A stretch of 64,000 bases of DNA from the NCBI GenBank assembly GCA_030043855.1, contig JASHWW010000005.1, forward strand, positions 9,088 through 73,087, in the 5' to 3' direction. This DNA is from Thermoplasmata archaeon (lineage in GTDB: Archaea > Thermoplasmatota > Thermoplasmata > Lutacidiplasmatales > UBA184). Shown piece by piece: positions 45,913-55,488 of this stretch; position 1 is the stretch's first letter, and each line of letters begins with the position of its first letter. Under the pieces are notes generated by a model that saw only the letters and a program-made list of their open reading frames with translations, was not told the origin of the DNA and did not search any database. Position numbers and translations under genes: made by a program.

Positions 45913-48005
45913 CGACCGCTGCGGTGCCGCGCCGGCTGAGTGGGCGCCTTCGGGCGATCCCTCCGGCGGCGTGGCTGGGAGTCGCCATCGGGGTCTACTT
46001 CGGCGTTTCCTTCGGCCTCTCTTGGCTTCGGGCCATCGAACTCCAGACGACGACGTGGGACCTCGGACTCTACCAGCAAGCGTTGTGGACGACGGCCCAC
46101 GGCCACCCGTTCTACGAGACCGCGGACGTCGAGACGGGCGGGTACCGCTCGCTCCTGCAGGTGCACACGGTCTTCCTGCTCTACGCCATCGTTCCGATCT
46201 ACGCCGCGCTCCCGAGCGAGGCGACCCTGTTCGCGATCCAGTCCGCCGTGGTCGCGTTGGCGGCAGTCCCGCTCTACCTGCTCGCGCGGCAGCGGACGGG
46301 GTCCCCTTGGTTGGGGCTTGTGGCCGCGATCGTCTTCCTCGCCGCGACCCCGACCCTCTCCTCGAACCTCTACGACTTCCACCCGGAGGCGTTCCTGCCG
46401 CTCGAGCTGTTCGCGACCGTCCTGCTCTGGGAACGGGGGCGGTACGGGCCAGGCCTGGTCGTCGCCGCGCTCGGCTGGTCGACCTTCGAGCTGATGCCGG
46501 TGCTCCTCGCGTTCGTGGGCCTGTTCTTCCTGCTCCCGTCGGGCGCCACGGTGCGCCGCTGGGTCGCCGCGTCGCGCGGACCTCGCGGATGGTCGGCCGT
46601 CGTCGTCGACCTCCGCACGGCGATCCGGGCCCCCCGCGTCCAGGCGTCCCTCGCCCTGCTCGTCGGCTCGGTCCTCGCGTACGTCGTGCTGCTCGACCTA
46701 CGCACGGGGTACCTGCTCACGACGCTCGGCACCACGCCGCTGCCGACCCCCCCGAACGGCTACGTGATCGGGGGAACGCCGGCCGCGCTCGGACTCGCGT
46801 CCGGGAACGTCGCGATCGGATTCTTCGCGAAGGCGACCTACTGGATCCTGCTGCTCGCGCTCCTCGGATTCGTGCCGCTGTTCGCACCCCGGGCCCTCGT
46901 CCTCTCGATCCCCTGGTTCGCGTTCACCCTGTTCAGCGCGAACACGAACTACGTGGAGCTCGGATTCCAGTACGGGTTCATCGCCGAGGCCGGACTGTTC
47001 GTCGCGTTCGCGTACGGCCTCGGGCCCGCGACGTCGTTCGCCCGTCGCTGGCTCGAACGACCGATCGACGCCGCCCCGCCGGCCCGCCCCCGACGCCGCC
47101 CCCGCGCGTGGGCGATCGGAGCCCTCACGGTCCTCGTCGTCGTGAACGTCGCGCTCACGCCGGCCAATCCGTGGATGCAGGATCGCGGGCTGGGGTCGGC
47201 CTACCGGATCTCGTACGGAGGCGGGGGAGGCTTCGCGAACGTGGAGGCGCTGGTCGGCCTCGTCCCGTCGGGAGCGGTGGTGGTCGCCAGCGACAACCTG
47301 TTCCCGCTGGTAGCGAACGACCCGAACGCGTATTCGTTCTTCTGGACCCAGAACAACCTCCTCGCGCTCCCCTTCTCTCCGTCGGACCCGCCCAACTACG
47401 TCCTGCTCGCCGACAACCGGACCGGAGCCGTTCCCGGTTGGCTCGCGACCGAACTCTACAACTCGTCGATCTTCGGCGTGCGCGGGGTCGACTGGGACTC
47501 CGCGGCGGGCACGCTGCTCCTCTTCGAATCCGGGTACTCGGCGACGCCGGCGGAATTTGGGGCCCTGCCCGCCGCAGGGTTCTCGACCTCGGGGGCGTCG
47601 TTGATCGATCCGGAGGCCGGGATCCCAGCGACGTTCCCGAATCAGCCGTCCGGCGGCTCGGCGGCCAACGCGCCCGGTGTGGCGGGGACGTTCCTCCAGG
47701 GACCGTGGACGACGCTGTCGCCCGGCGCGTACGTCGCGACCCTTCGATTGATCGCACTTCCAGTGCCGGGGTATCCTGCGGTCGGCGGGAACGACTCGGT
47801 CGTCTGGATCGGCGCCGCGGCGTTCGGACAGGCCCAGTTCTTCGGCGTGACCCTACCGGCCAGCGTCCTCGAAACTCCGGGCGGGATCGTCGAGAGTCAG
47901 CCGTTCTACGTCCCCGCTCCGACGCTGCAGTTCGAGATCCAGGGGGTCGCCCTCTCGACCAGCGTCGAGGTCGTCTGCGCGAGCGTCGCGATCGAACCGA
48001 GCTGA
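45909..48005 (+). CDS. Polytopic membrane protein (GT-C-like, resembling DUF2079) with a large C-terminal extracytoplasmic domain
   Basis: TWDLGLYQQALWTTAHGHPFYETAD...YRSLLQVHTVFLLYAIVPIYA is followed by about 10 further TM helices and then a 300-aa Gly/Ala/Ser-rich tail with an NxS/T sequon. ATGA overlap with the upstream gene. The N-terminal part of ORF 44859..48005 is shadow. Confidence 0.55.
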   Translation: MTTAAVPRRLSGRLRAIPPAAWLGVAIGVYFGVSFGLSWLRAIELQTTTWDLGLYQQALWTTAHGHPFYETADVETGGYRSLLQVHTVFLLYAIVPIYAALPSEATLFAIQSAVVALAAVPLYLLARQRTGSPWLGLVAAIVFLAATPTLSSNLYDFHPEAFLPLELFATVLLWERGRYGPGLVVAALGWSTFELMPVLLAFVGLFFLLPSGATVRRWVAASRGPRGWSAVVVDLRTAIRAPRVQASLALLVGSVLAYVVLLDLRTGYLLTTLGTTPLPTPPNGYVIGGTPAALGLASGNVAIGFFAKATYWILLLALLGFVPLFAPRALVLSIPWFAFTLFSANTNYVELGFQYGFIAEAGLFVAFAYGLGPATSFARRWLERPIDAAPPARPRRRPRAWAIGALTVLVVVNVALTPANPWMQDRGLGSAYRISYGGGGGFANVEALVGLVPSGAVVVASDNLFPLVANDPNAYSFFWTQNNLLALPFSPSDPPNYVLLADNRTGAVPGWLATELYNSSIFGVRGVDWDSAAGTLLLFESGYSATPAEFGALPAAGFSTSGASLIDPEAGIPATFPNQPSGGSAANAPGVAGTFLQGPWTTLSPGAYVATLRLIALPVPGYPAVGGNDSVVWIGAAAFGQAQFFGVTLPASVLETPGGIVESQPFYVPAPTLQFEIQGVALSTSVEVVCASVAIEPS

Positions 48006-48026
48006 CCGGTGCGCGAGCGCTCCCGC

Positions 48027-48410
48027 TCACGCCGGTTGCGCGTGCTCGCTCAACCCGAGCAGGTTCCCATCGGGATCCCGGAACCACGCCATCATCGTCC
48101 CGTCCCGGCCCGTCCAGATCCCGTGCCGGTCCTGGACCAACCCGTCCATCCGCTCGAACGCGACCCCCCGAGCGGCCAGCTCTCGGGCCAGATGCACGAG
48201 GTCCCCGACCTCCCAGCCCAGCACGGTCCGCGCTCCCCGGGGGACGTCCGCCACCTTCAGGATGCGGAGGGAGGTCCCGTTGGAGTCGAACAGGAGCGCC
48301 CGGCCATCGTCGCCCATGAACAACAGGCCGAGCAGATCGTGGTAGAAGTGTCGGCACTCGTCGGGCTTGGCCGTCGCCGCGAACGCGACCAGGTTCGCGT
48401 TCTCGAGCAC
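48027..48410 (-). CDS. Glyoxalase/VOC-family protein (127 aa)
   Basis: VLENANLVAFAATAKPDECRHFYHDLLGL...DGNLLGL. GTG start with a TATA-like aagatattc about 27 nt upstream. The rest of the 295-aa ORF is shadow. Confidence 0.55.
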   Translation of the reverse strand: MLENANLVAFAATAKPDECRHFYHDLLGLLFMGDDGRALLFDSNGTSLRILKVADVPRGARTVLGWEVGDLVHLARELAARGVAFERMDGLVQDRHGIWTGRDGTMMAWFRDPDGNLLGLSEHAQPA

Positions 48411-48525
48411 AGGGGGGAATCGGTCCGCCGATGAATATCTTTCCCTGGCGGTCTGCGCGACGGGCCGCGCCCGTTTTCTCCCGACGCGGTTGACGGACCT
48501 CGCAGGAGTCGAGACCGTGCCGCAC

Positions 48526-49113
48526 GCGTCGCGCACCGCCGCCGTCCGCATTCGGTCGCTCCGACCGGGCGAATGGCGCACGTACCGGCGGGTTCGGCTG
48601 CGGTCGCTCGCCACGGACCCCCTCGCCTTCGGGTCGACCCTCGCCCGCGAGCGCGACCTCGCCGAGACGCAGTGGCGGGACCGCTTGACCCACGGACCCG
48701 GAGGTTCCGCCTCGCGCACGTGGGCGGCGATCGATGCGCGCGAACGATTCGTCGGGGTCGCCTCGGTAGTCGACGTCGACGGAGACTGGCACGTCTTTGC
48801 GATGTGGGTCGCGCCCGCGCTCCGGGGTCGGCGGGTCGGCGCCCGGTTGCTCGACGCCGGGATCGCCTGGGCGCGGTCCGTCGCTCCCCGTCGCCGCGTC
48901 GTGTTGGACGTCAATCCCCGCCAAGTCGCCGCGCACCGCCTCTACGAATCGCGGGGATTCCGCGCGACGGGGCGAACGGAACCGCTGGGCCACACCGACG
49001 GGGAGTCGGTGGTCGAGATGGTCCTCGGTCCGCGATCGCCCGTTCGCTCGACCTCGGTGTCGAAGGCTCCGGCCCCTCCCCGACGGGGCCCGAGCGACCG
49101 GAGGGCCCGGTGA
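48526..49113 (+). CDS. GNAT-family N-acetyltransferase
   Basis: VFAMWVAPALRGRRVGARLLDAGIAWAR is the acetyl-CoA-binding motif A (Q/RxxGxG/A). GTG start is approximate. Confidence 0.6.
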   Translation, partial: ASRTAAVRIRSLRPGEWRTYRRVRLRSLATDPLAFGSTLARERDLAETQWRDRLTHGPGGSASRTWAAIDARERFVGVASVVDVDGDWHVFAMWVAPALRGRRVGARLLDAGIAWARSVAPRRRVVLDVNPRQVAAHRLYESRGFRATGRTEPLGHTDGESVVEMVLGPRSPVRSTSVSKAPAPPRRGPSDRRAR

Positions 49114-50084
49114 CCGCGCTCGCGGGCGAGGCGCCGGTCATCACGGCGGACGCGGTCCGGCATACGTACGGCAAGGGACGGTACGCGCTCGACGGGGTGA
49201 GCTTCTCGGTCGGTCGCGGCGAAGTGTTCGGCCTCCTCGGTCGGAACGGCGCCGGCAAGTCGACCCTGATCAAGGCGATGACCACGCTAATCCAGCCGAC
49301 CTCCGGGCAGCTCCGGGTCCTGGGCCTCGACCCGCGGCGCGACGGCCGCCGGATCCGAGAGCGGATCGGCGTGGTCCAACAGGGGGAGTCGATGGATTTC
49401 ACGACCGTCGAAGGGAACCTCGACCTCTACGGATACCTGTGGAAGGTCCCCGCCGCCGAGCGCCGCCGGCGCAGCGAGCTCCTGATCGAACGGTTCGGGC
49501 TCGGAGAGTTCCGCACCCGGCGCTCGTGGGACCTGTCGGGCGGACAGAAGCGGCGGGTCCAGGTCGCCCGCGAATTCATGCACGACATGGACGTCCTCTT
49601 CCTCGACGAACCGACGATCGGATTGGACGTGCTGATGCGTCGCGTCCTGCTCGACTCCGTCCGCGCCGAGGTCCGCAAGGGCCTCACGGTGGTCTTCACG
49701 ACGCACAACCTCGAGGAGGCCGACTACCTGTGCGACCGCATCGCGGTCATCGACGAGGGCCGCATCCTGGCGCTCGACACGGTGGCTAACCTGAAGCGGC
49801 TCTACAGCGGGAAGCGGACGGTCGACCTGACGGTCGCGGAGGCCGACGCCGGTCGGTTCTTCGACGCCCTATCGTCCGCGCTCGGCCCTGCGGCCTCCGT
49901 CACCGCCACGGCCGGATCGGCCGTGGTGCTCGTCGACGACCCGAAGTCGGCGCTGGGCACCATCGTGGAGCTCGCCCAGCGGCTGGGGGTGCAGCTGGAG
50001 TGGCTCACGGTCCGACAGAACACGCTCGAAGACGTGTTCTTGAAGTCGATCGCGCACCGGGGGGATCCGTCTGGCAGCGCCTAA
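49110..50084 (+). CDS. ABC transporter ATP-binding protein (ABC-2 type)
   Basis: GLLGRNGAGKSTL (Walker A), LSGGQKRRV (signature), VLFLDEPT (Walker B), TTHNL (H-loop). GTGA overlap with the GNAT stop. Confidence 0.85.
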   Translation: MTALAGEAPVITADAVRHTYGKGRYALDGVSFSVGRGEVFGLLGRNGAGKSTLIKAMTTLIQPTSGQLRVLGLDPRRDGRRIRERIGVVQQGESMDFTTVEGNLDLYGYLWKVPAAERRRRSELLIERFGLGEFRTRRSWDLSGGQKRRVQVAREFMHDMDVLFLDEPTIGLDVLMRRVLLDSVRAEVRKGLTVVFTTHNLEEADYLCDRIAVIDEGRILALDTVANLKRLYSGKRTVDLTVAEADAGRFFDALSSALGPAASVTATAGSAVVLVDDPKSALGTIVELAQRLGVQLEWLTVRQNTLEDVFLKSIAHRGDPSGSA

Positions 50085-50139
50085 CCTCGTCCGGCTCATC
50101 GTCCGGAACATCCGGGTCAACACCGACCCGGCGAGCCTC

Positions 50140-50829
50140 GTGATCCTGATGGGACTCCCGGCGATGTACCTGATCTTCTTCGGGTTCGGGTTCCAGTCGC
50201 TCTCCTCGGGCGGCGGGAACTACCTCGCGTTCCTCGCGCCGGGGATCATGTCGTTCCAGGCCGTCATGGCGGGGACGGTCGGGGGCAGCATCCTCTGGGC
50301 CGACCGCCGCTGGGGGATGCTCGCCCAGCTCCTCGTCGGGCCGTTCACGCGGACCGAGTACCTGTTCGGCATCATGCTGACGTCGCTCCTGCTCGGCCTC
50401 GGCGGAGCGGCCCTGATGCTGGTCATCGCGGTCGTGCTCCTCGGCACCACGACCGTGACCCTCGGGGGCGGCCTGGTCGCCTTCGGCGCGATCGCGTTGG
50501 GATCGATCTTCTTCGGCTCGGCGATGCTGCTCCTGGCGGCCCTCGTCAAGTCGAACAACGCGTACAACTCGATCCAGATCCTGCTGATCTTCTTCGTGAA
50601 TTTCGCATCGACCGTCTTCTATCCGGCCAGCCCGAGCCTCCCGCTCGTACTCCGCGCGCTCTTCGTACTCAACCCGCTGACGTACATCGCCGACACCGCG
50701 CGCGCCGGCTACGCGGGGACCCTCGGCGGGACGAACGCGCTCGAGATGGGGATCCTCGCCGTCGAGTCGGCCGTCGTCCTGGTCCTGGCGGTCCGGGCGT
50801 ACCTGCGTTCGGACGTCAGCCTCGAGTGA
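50140..50829 (+). CDS. ABC-2 family permease (possibly N-terminally longer than the annotated GTG start)
   Basis: Six TM helices (LMGLPAMYLIFFGFGF...). The in-frame upstream stretch 50062-50139 encodes a typical ABC-2 N-terminus (NLVRLIVRNIRVNTDPASLVIL) but contains no ATG/GTG/TTG. Confidence 0.65.
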   Translation: MILMGLPAMYLIFFGFGFQSLSSGGGNYLAFLAPGIMSFQAVMAGTVGGSILWADRRWGMLAQLLVGPFTRTEYLFGIMLTSLLLGLGGAALMLVIAVVLLGTTTVTLGGGLVAFGAIALGSIFFGSAMLLLAALVKSNNAYNSIQILLIFFVNFASTVFYPASPSLPLVLRALFVLNPLTYIADTARAGYAGTLGGTNALEMGILAVESAVVLVLAVRAYLRSDVSLE

Positions 50830-50853
50830 GTCGACGGCGAGTCCGACCCGCGA

Positions 50854-51615
50854 TCAGCACGGGGTCCCGGTCCCGGCGACCACCGTGAAGGCCCCGACGC
50901 CGGTCCCGTACGTGCTTCCGACGACCACGAGCACGTACGTCCCCGGAGCGAGACTGGGCAGCACGGTCCACCCGCGATGGAACGCACCGGTCACGTTGGC
51001 GGAGAACCCGTGGAGTATCCGAACGTGGGCGGCGTTCGACCACGGTCCGAGGTAGAAGTTCTCGCCGTCCATCGGGTAGAACCCGTGGCCGGTCAGCCTC
51101 AGGCAGCCGTCCGCCATGACGGTCGTCGTCGACAACGAGAAGTGGATCGAGCTCGAAGAGACGCGGAACGAGCTCGTGATCGTCGTCGGTCCCTCGCGGG
51201 CGATGACCAGGTAGGAGCCGCGGTTCACCGACGGTACGTTGACGTTCCGCACGAATCCGCCCGTGCTGTTCGTCGTCACCGTGATCGCGTGGTTGTAGGG
51301 ATACGGCTGGTTGTTCAGGTTGAACCCGGTGAGGTCGGGAGAGGTGAATGTGAGATTCACGTCGACCGAGTGATGGAAGTGCGTTCCGGTGACGATGATC
51401 GCGTAGCCGGTCGTCCCCGAACTGGCCGAGAGGGCGATCTGCGGCCCCGTGGCCGTCTGGAGACCGGAGTCTCCCGCGAGCGAACCCGCAGCACCGGACA
51501 GCGACCCCAGGACCGCCAGAAGACCGACGAGGGCCCCGACGCCGACCGCCCACACGACCGGCGATCCCCACCCGTTCGACCCCGTCTCCGCTCGCTGCAG
51601 ATCCATTTTCGTCAT
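50854..51615 (-). CDS. Hypothetical secreted/extracellular protein (signal peptide, beta-rich, N-x-S/T sequons)
   Basis: MTKMDLQRAETGSNGWGSPVVWAVGVGALVGLLAVLGSLSGAAG...NLTFTS, NSTGG, NVTGA. Only the 3' 250 codons of minus ORF 50854..55425 are gene-like. TATA-like gtgttatac sits about 35-45 nt upstream. Confidence 0.5.
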   Translation of the reverse strand: MTKMDLQRAETGSNGWGSPVVWAVGVGALVGLLAVLGSLSGAAGSLAGDSGLQTATGPQIALSASSGTTGYAIIVTGTHFHHSVDVNLTFTSPDLTGFNLNNQPYPYNHAITVTTNSTGGFVRNVNVPSVNRGSYLVIAREGPTTITSSFRVSSSSIHFSLSTTTVMADGCLRLTGHGFYPMDGENFYLGPWSNAAHVRILHGFSANVTGAFHRGWTVLPSLAPGTYVLVVVGSTYGTGVGAFTVVAGTGTPC

Positions 51616-51858
51616 CGTGCCCCACCGCGCGGCGCGACGGCCCCGAGGGTGCGGCAGTATAACACGGCACGTCGGAGCGCCGCGGGACCGGGGCCACCCT
51701 CGCGCGGCGAACGGTGCGCCGGGCAGGGCTCGGAGCCCGTCCGACCGCAGGGTTATATATGGCGGACAGGGCTCGGGGAGCCGCGCCGACAACCGTCCGA
51801 CAAACGGGTGCGTTTCGGCGACGGGAGACCGATCGGGCGGAACCGGACGGAGCGACCG

Positions 51859-54800
51859 ATGTACCTCAAACGGATCAAACTCCGCAATTTCAAGTCGTTC
51901 GCCGGGGCGACCGAGATCCCGTTCGCGACCGGGTTCACGGGGGTCGCGGGCCCGAACGGAATGGGCAAGTCGAACATCTCGGACGCGATCCTGTTCGTCC
52001 TCGGTCCGACGAGCTCGAAGGCGCTCCGGGCGGAGCGGCTGACCCACCTGTTCTTCAACGGGGGGTCGTCGAAGAAGCCGGCGACGGAATGCGAGGTCTC
52101 CCTCGTGTTCGACAACGGGGACCGACTCCTGCCGGTCGACGCCGCCGAGGTCGAAGTCACCCGGTACGTCAAGCTCGCCCCGAGCGATCCGGACGGGTAC
52201 TACTCGTACTTCTACGTCAACGGCAAGCGGACGACCCAGACGGAGATCGACTCGGTCCTCTCCCACGCCCGGCTCTCGGGCGACGGGTACAATCTCGTGC
52301 AACAGGGCGACGTCAACAAGGTCGTCACGATGGGCCCCGTGCCCCGACGTGGCCTCCTCGAGCGGCTGGCCGGCATCAGCCAGTACGACGAGGAGCTCGA
52401 GCGGGCCGCGACGAAGCGGACCGACCTCGACGGGAACTTGAGCCGCATCCAGACCCTCCTCGGCGACATCAAGGGGCGACTGTCGTCCCTCGAGGGCCAG
52501 CGGCTCCAGGCGATCCAGTTCAAACAGCTGCAGGACGACCGGAAACGGTCCGAGGCGCAGCTCGCCCGCGCGGGGCACCGCCTCGCCGAACAGGAAGTCG
52601 CGAGCTGCCAGGCGCAGGTCGGGACCGTCCGGGCCGAGATCGAGAAACTGGACGCCGAGCGATCGCAGCTCGCCGCGCGACAGACCACCCTCGCCGCGGA
52701 GATCGACCGCCTCGAGCGGGAGATCGCCGAAGCGGGCGGCGCGGCCGCGGTGAAATTCCGCCAAGAGCTCGACGAGAAGCGGATCGCGTTCGCCCGCCAG
52801 GAGCAGTCGCTCGACCATCTCCGGGAAGCGGCCGAGGCGATCGCGCAGAAGGTCGAAGAGCTCGACAAGGTCGTCAAATCGGACCGGGCCCAGGGGGCGT
52901 CGCTGACCTCCCAGGAGTCGAAGCTCGCCGACGCCCTCGCCGACCTGGAGAAGAAGGCCGGAGCCGATCAGAAGCAGATCCAGGAGGCCACCGGTGCGCC
53001 GGGTCAGGCCCAGGGGCGCCTCGCGACGGCCCGCAAGCACCAACTCGAGCTCGAACGGTCCCAGGAGGCCCGGCGGGCGAAGTGGGAGACGGCGGTCCGG
53101 ACACGAGAGACGGCCAACGCGACCGTCCTCGCCTCGGAGCGATCCCAGGCGCAGGCCGAGGACGACCTCCGGGAGCGGGAGGTCGAGGTGCGGGACCTCG
53201 AACTGCGTGTGAAGGAGTCCCAGCCCGCGGGCGCCGGAGGGAAGGCCGCGGCGACGGGGGACCTCCAGAAGGAACTGTTCCAACTCAAATCGAAAGAGAC
53301 GGCGCTGACCGCCGAGGTCGAGCGGCTCGGTCAGGAGGTCGGAGAGCTGAACCGCCGGTACCTCGCGCTCGACGCCCGGCTCAAGGCGCGCACCGAGTCG
53401 GGCGCTCGACCGAACCAGCTCGCGGCCGTCGACTACCTGCTCTCGCAGCGGAATCTCGGGAAGATCCCGGGGATCCACGGCACGGTCGAGGAGCTCGCCG
53501 AGTTCGACCCGAGGCACAAGACGGCGCTCCAGGTCGCGGGCGGGAACCGGTTCCAGGCGCTGGTCGTCGAGACGGACCAGGTCGCCGAGCAGTGCATCCA
53601 ACTCCTCCGGTCCGAGAAGCGGGGACGGGCGACGTTCCTGCCGCTCAATCGGATGCTCGCCGGTCGCCCCCACGGAAAGTCGCTGGTCGTGGCGAAGGGG
53701 TCCGGCGCCCAAGGATTCGCGATCGACCTGGTCAAGTTCGACGAGTCGCTCCGACCGGCGTTCTGGTACGTCTTCGGCGAGACGGTCGTGATGGACGACC
53801 TCGCGAAGGCACGGGCGCAGATGGGCGGGGTCCGGCTCGTCACCGTCCAGGGGGATCTCATCGAGGCAACGGGCGCGATCTCCGGCGGGTATCTCGATCC
53901 GACCAGCCAGGGTCGCGGCGCCGACAGCGCCGTCGAACTGAAGCGGCTCGGCGAGGAACTCCGTGAGAAGGGCGGTGCCGAGGCGGCCGCCCGGCAGGAG
54001 CTCGCCAAGGTCGCCGAGCGGATCAAGGCCCTCGCCGAGGAACTCTCCACCCGATCGATCCAGGACCAGGCCCACCGGTCGACCCGGGAAGCGTTCGCGA
54101 AGGACCTCGCCGCAGCCCGCGAGCGCCTGGCCGCCGCGAAGGACCGGCTCAAATCGGTCGTCGCGGAGGAGCAAAAGGCGTCCGCCGCGCTCGCCGAGGC
54201 GACCACGACCGAGCAGCGCCTCGCCGGCGAGATCGAGTCCGCGACGGCCGAGATCCGGTCGGCGCAGGAAGCATACCTCTCCCAACTGCCCGAGGCGATC
54301 TCCGGACGGCTTCGCTCGTTGCAGGAGACGATCCAGAAGACCCAGGAGGAGCGCGTCCGGGTGAACGGAGAGCTCGAGGCGGTGCGGGCCTCGCTCGCCG
54401 CCCTCGGGCAGAACCTCGCCGATCACGCGAAGGAGCTCGCTGCGGCCCGCGCGGACGCCACCGCCCGCGCGAAGGAGATCGCGGCGACCGAGAAGCTCGT
54501 CCACGAAGCCGAGGCCGCGCTGCAAGCGCTCAAGTCGGTCGAGGCGAAGCAGGGCGAGGCGGCGAAAGCGCAGTCCGAGCAGAAGCGGAAGCTCGACTTG
54601 GATCGACTCAAGGTCACCGAATCCCTCGCGAAGGTCGAGACGAACCTGGAGACGCGCCGTTCCCTCCTGACGCAGGAGGAGACGCGCCTCGCCCAGGCGA
54701 CCGACCACCTCCACGAGCTGCAGGAGGCGCTCCGGCAGTTCCCCGACCCGGCACCGGACGAGGCGCCCCTCTCCGTCGACGAGCTGAAGCGCCGCATCGC

Positions 54801-55488
54801 CACGCTCGATCAGCAGATCGCCGCGCTCGGGGACGTCAACCAGCGGGCCTTGGAGGAGTACGACGCCGAGAAGTCGCGGATGGACGACTTCGCCCGGGAG
54901 GTCGATCGGCTCGGTACCGAGAAGACCGAACTGCTCGCGCTGGTCGGGGAGATCGAGACGAAGAAGCGCGAGAAGATCACCCAGGTCGTCGGCCAGGTCA
55001 ACGAGAACTTCCGTGCGATCTACGGCGAGCTCTCCGCCGGCGGCGACGGGGAGATCGCGCTGGAGTCCCCCGCCGACCCGCTCGCGGGCGGTCTCCTCAT
55101 CAAGGCGCGTCCCGTGGGCAAGACCGTCACCCGCCTGGAGCAGCTCTCCGGCGGGGAGAAGTCGCTCGCGAGCCTCGCGTTCATCTTCGCGATGCAGCGG
55201 TACGACCCGAGCCCCCTCTACGTCTTCGACGAGGTCGACATGTCGCTGGACGGGCTCAACGCCGAGTACGTCGGTCGCATGCTGCGGCGAAATTCCGAGC
55301 GGGCGCAGTTCGTGGTGATCTCGCTCCGCAAGGTGACCCTCAAGTTCGCGCACCACCTCTACGGCGTGACGATGCGGGGCGACGGCTGCTCCCACGTCGT
55401 CGGCATCCACCTCGACGAGATCCACGACGTCGAGAGCCGCGAGAACGCCCGCGCGCCCGACGCATCGGCACCGCTGGAGGCGCGATGA
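51859..55488 (+). CDS. smc: Chromosome segregation protein SMC
   Basis: MYLKRIKLRNFKSFAG...GPNGMGKSNISDAILFVLG (Walker A), long coiled coils, a hinge (GIHGTVEELAEFDPRHKTALQVAGGNRFQALVVE), then LSGGEKSLASLAFIFAM...YVFDEVDMSLD (signature and Walker B). Length 1209 aa. Confidence 0.9.
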   Translation: MYLKRIKLRNFKSFAGATEIPFATGFTGVAGPNGMGKSNISDAILFVLGPTSSKALRAERLTHLFFNGGSSKKPATECEVSLVFDNGDRLLPVDAAEVEVTRYVKLAPSDPDGYYSYFYVNGKRTTQTEIDSVLSHARLSGDGYNLVQQGDVNKVVTMGPVPRRGLLERLAGISQYDEELERAATKRTDLDGNLSRIQTLLGDIKGRLSSLEGQRLQAIQFKQLQDDRKRSEAQLARAGHRLAEQEVASCQAQVGTVRAEIEKLDAERSQLAARQTTLAAEIDRLEREIAEAGGAAAVKFRQELDEKRIAFARQEQSLDHLREAAEAIAQKVEELDKVVKSDRAQGASLTSQESKLADALADLEKKAGADQKQIQEATGAPGQAQGRLATARKHQLELERSQEARRAKWETAVRTRETANATVLASERSQAQAEDDLREREVEVRDLELRVKESQPAGAGGKAAATGDLQKELFQLKSKETALTAEVERLGQEVGELNRRYLALDARLKARTESGARPNQLAAVDYLLSQRNLGKIPGIHGTVEELAEFDPRHKTALQVAGGNRFQALVVETDQVAEQCIQLLRSEKRGRATFLPLNRMLAGRPHGKSLVVAKGSGAQGFAIDLVKFDESLRPAFWYVFGETVVMDDLAKARAQMGGVRLVTVQGDLIEATGAISGGYLDPTSQGRGADSAVELKRLGEELREKGGAEAAARQELAKVAERIKALAEELSTRSIQDQAHRSTREAFAKDLAAARERLAAAKDRLKSVVAEEQKASAALAEATTTEQRLAGEIESATAEIRSAQEAYLSQLPEAISGRLRSLQETIQKTQEERVRVNGELEAVRASLAALGQNLADHAKELAAARADATARAKEIAATEKLVHEAEAALQALKSVEAKQGEAAKAQSEQKRKLDLDRLKVTESLAKVETNLETRRSLLTQEETRLAQATDHLHELQEALRQFPDPAPDEAPLSVDELKRRIATLDQQIAALGDVNQRALEEYDAEKSRMDDFAREVDRLGTEKTELLALVGEIETKKREKITQVVGQVNENFRAIYGELSAGGDGEIALESPADPLAGGLLIKARPVGKTVTRLEQLSGGEKSLASLAFIFAMQRYDPSPLYVFDEVDMSLDGLNAEYVGRMLRRNSERAQFVVISLRKVTLKFAHHLYGVTMRGDGCSHVVGIHLDEIHDVESRENARAPDASAPLEAR

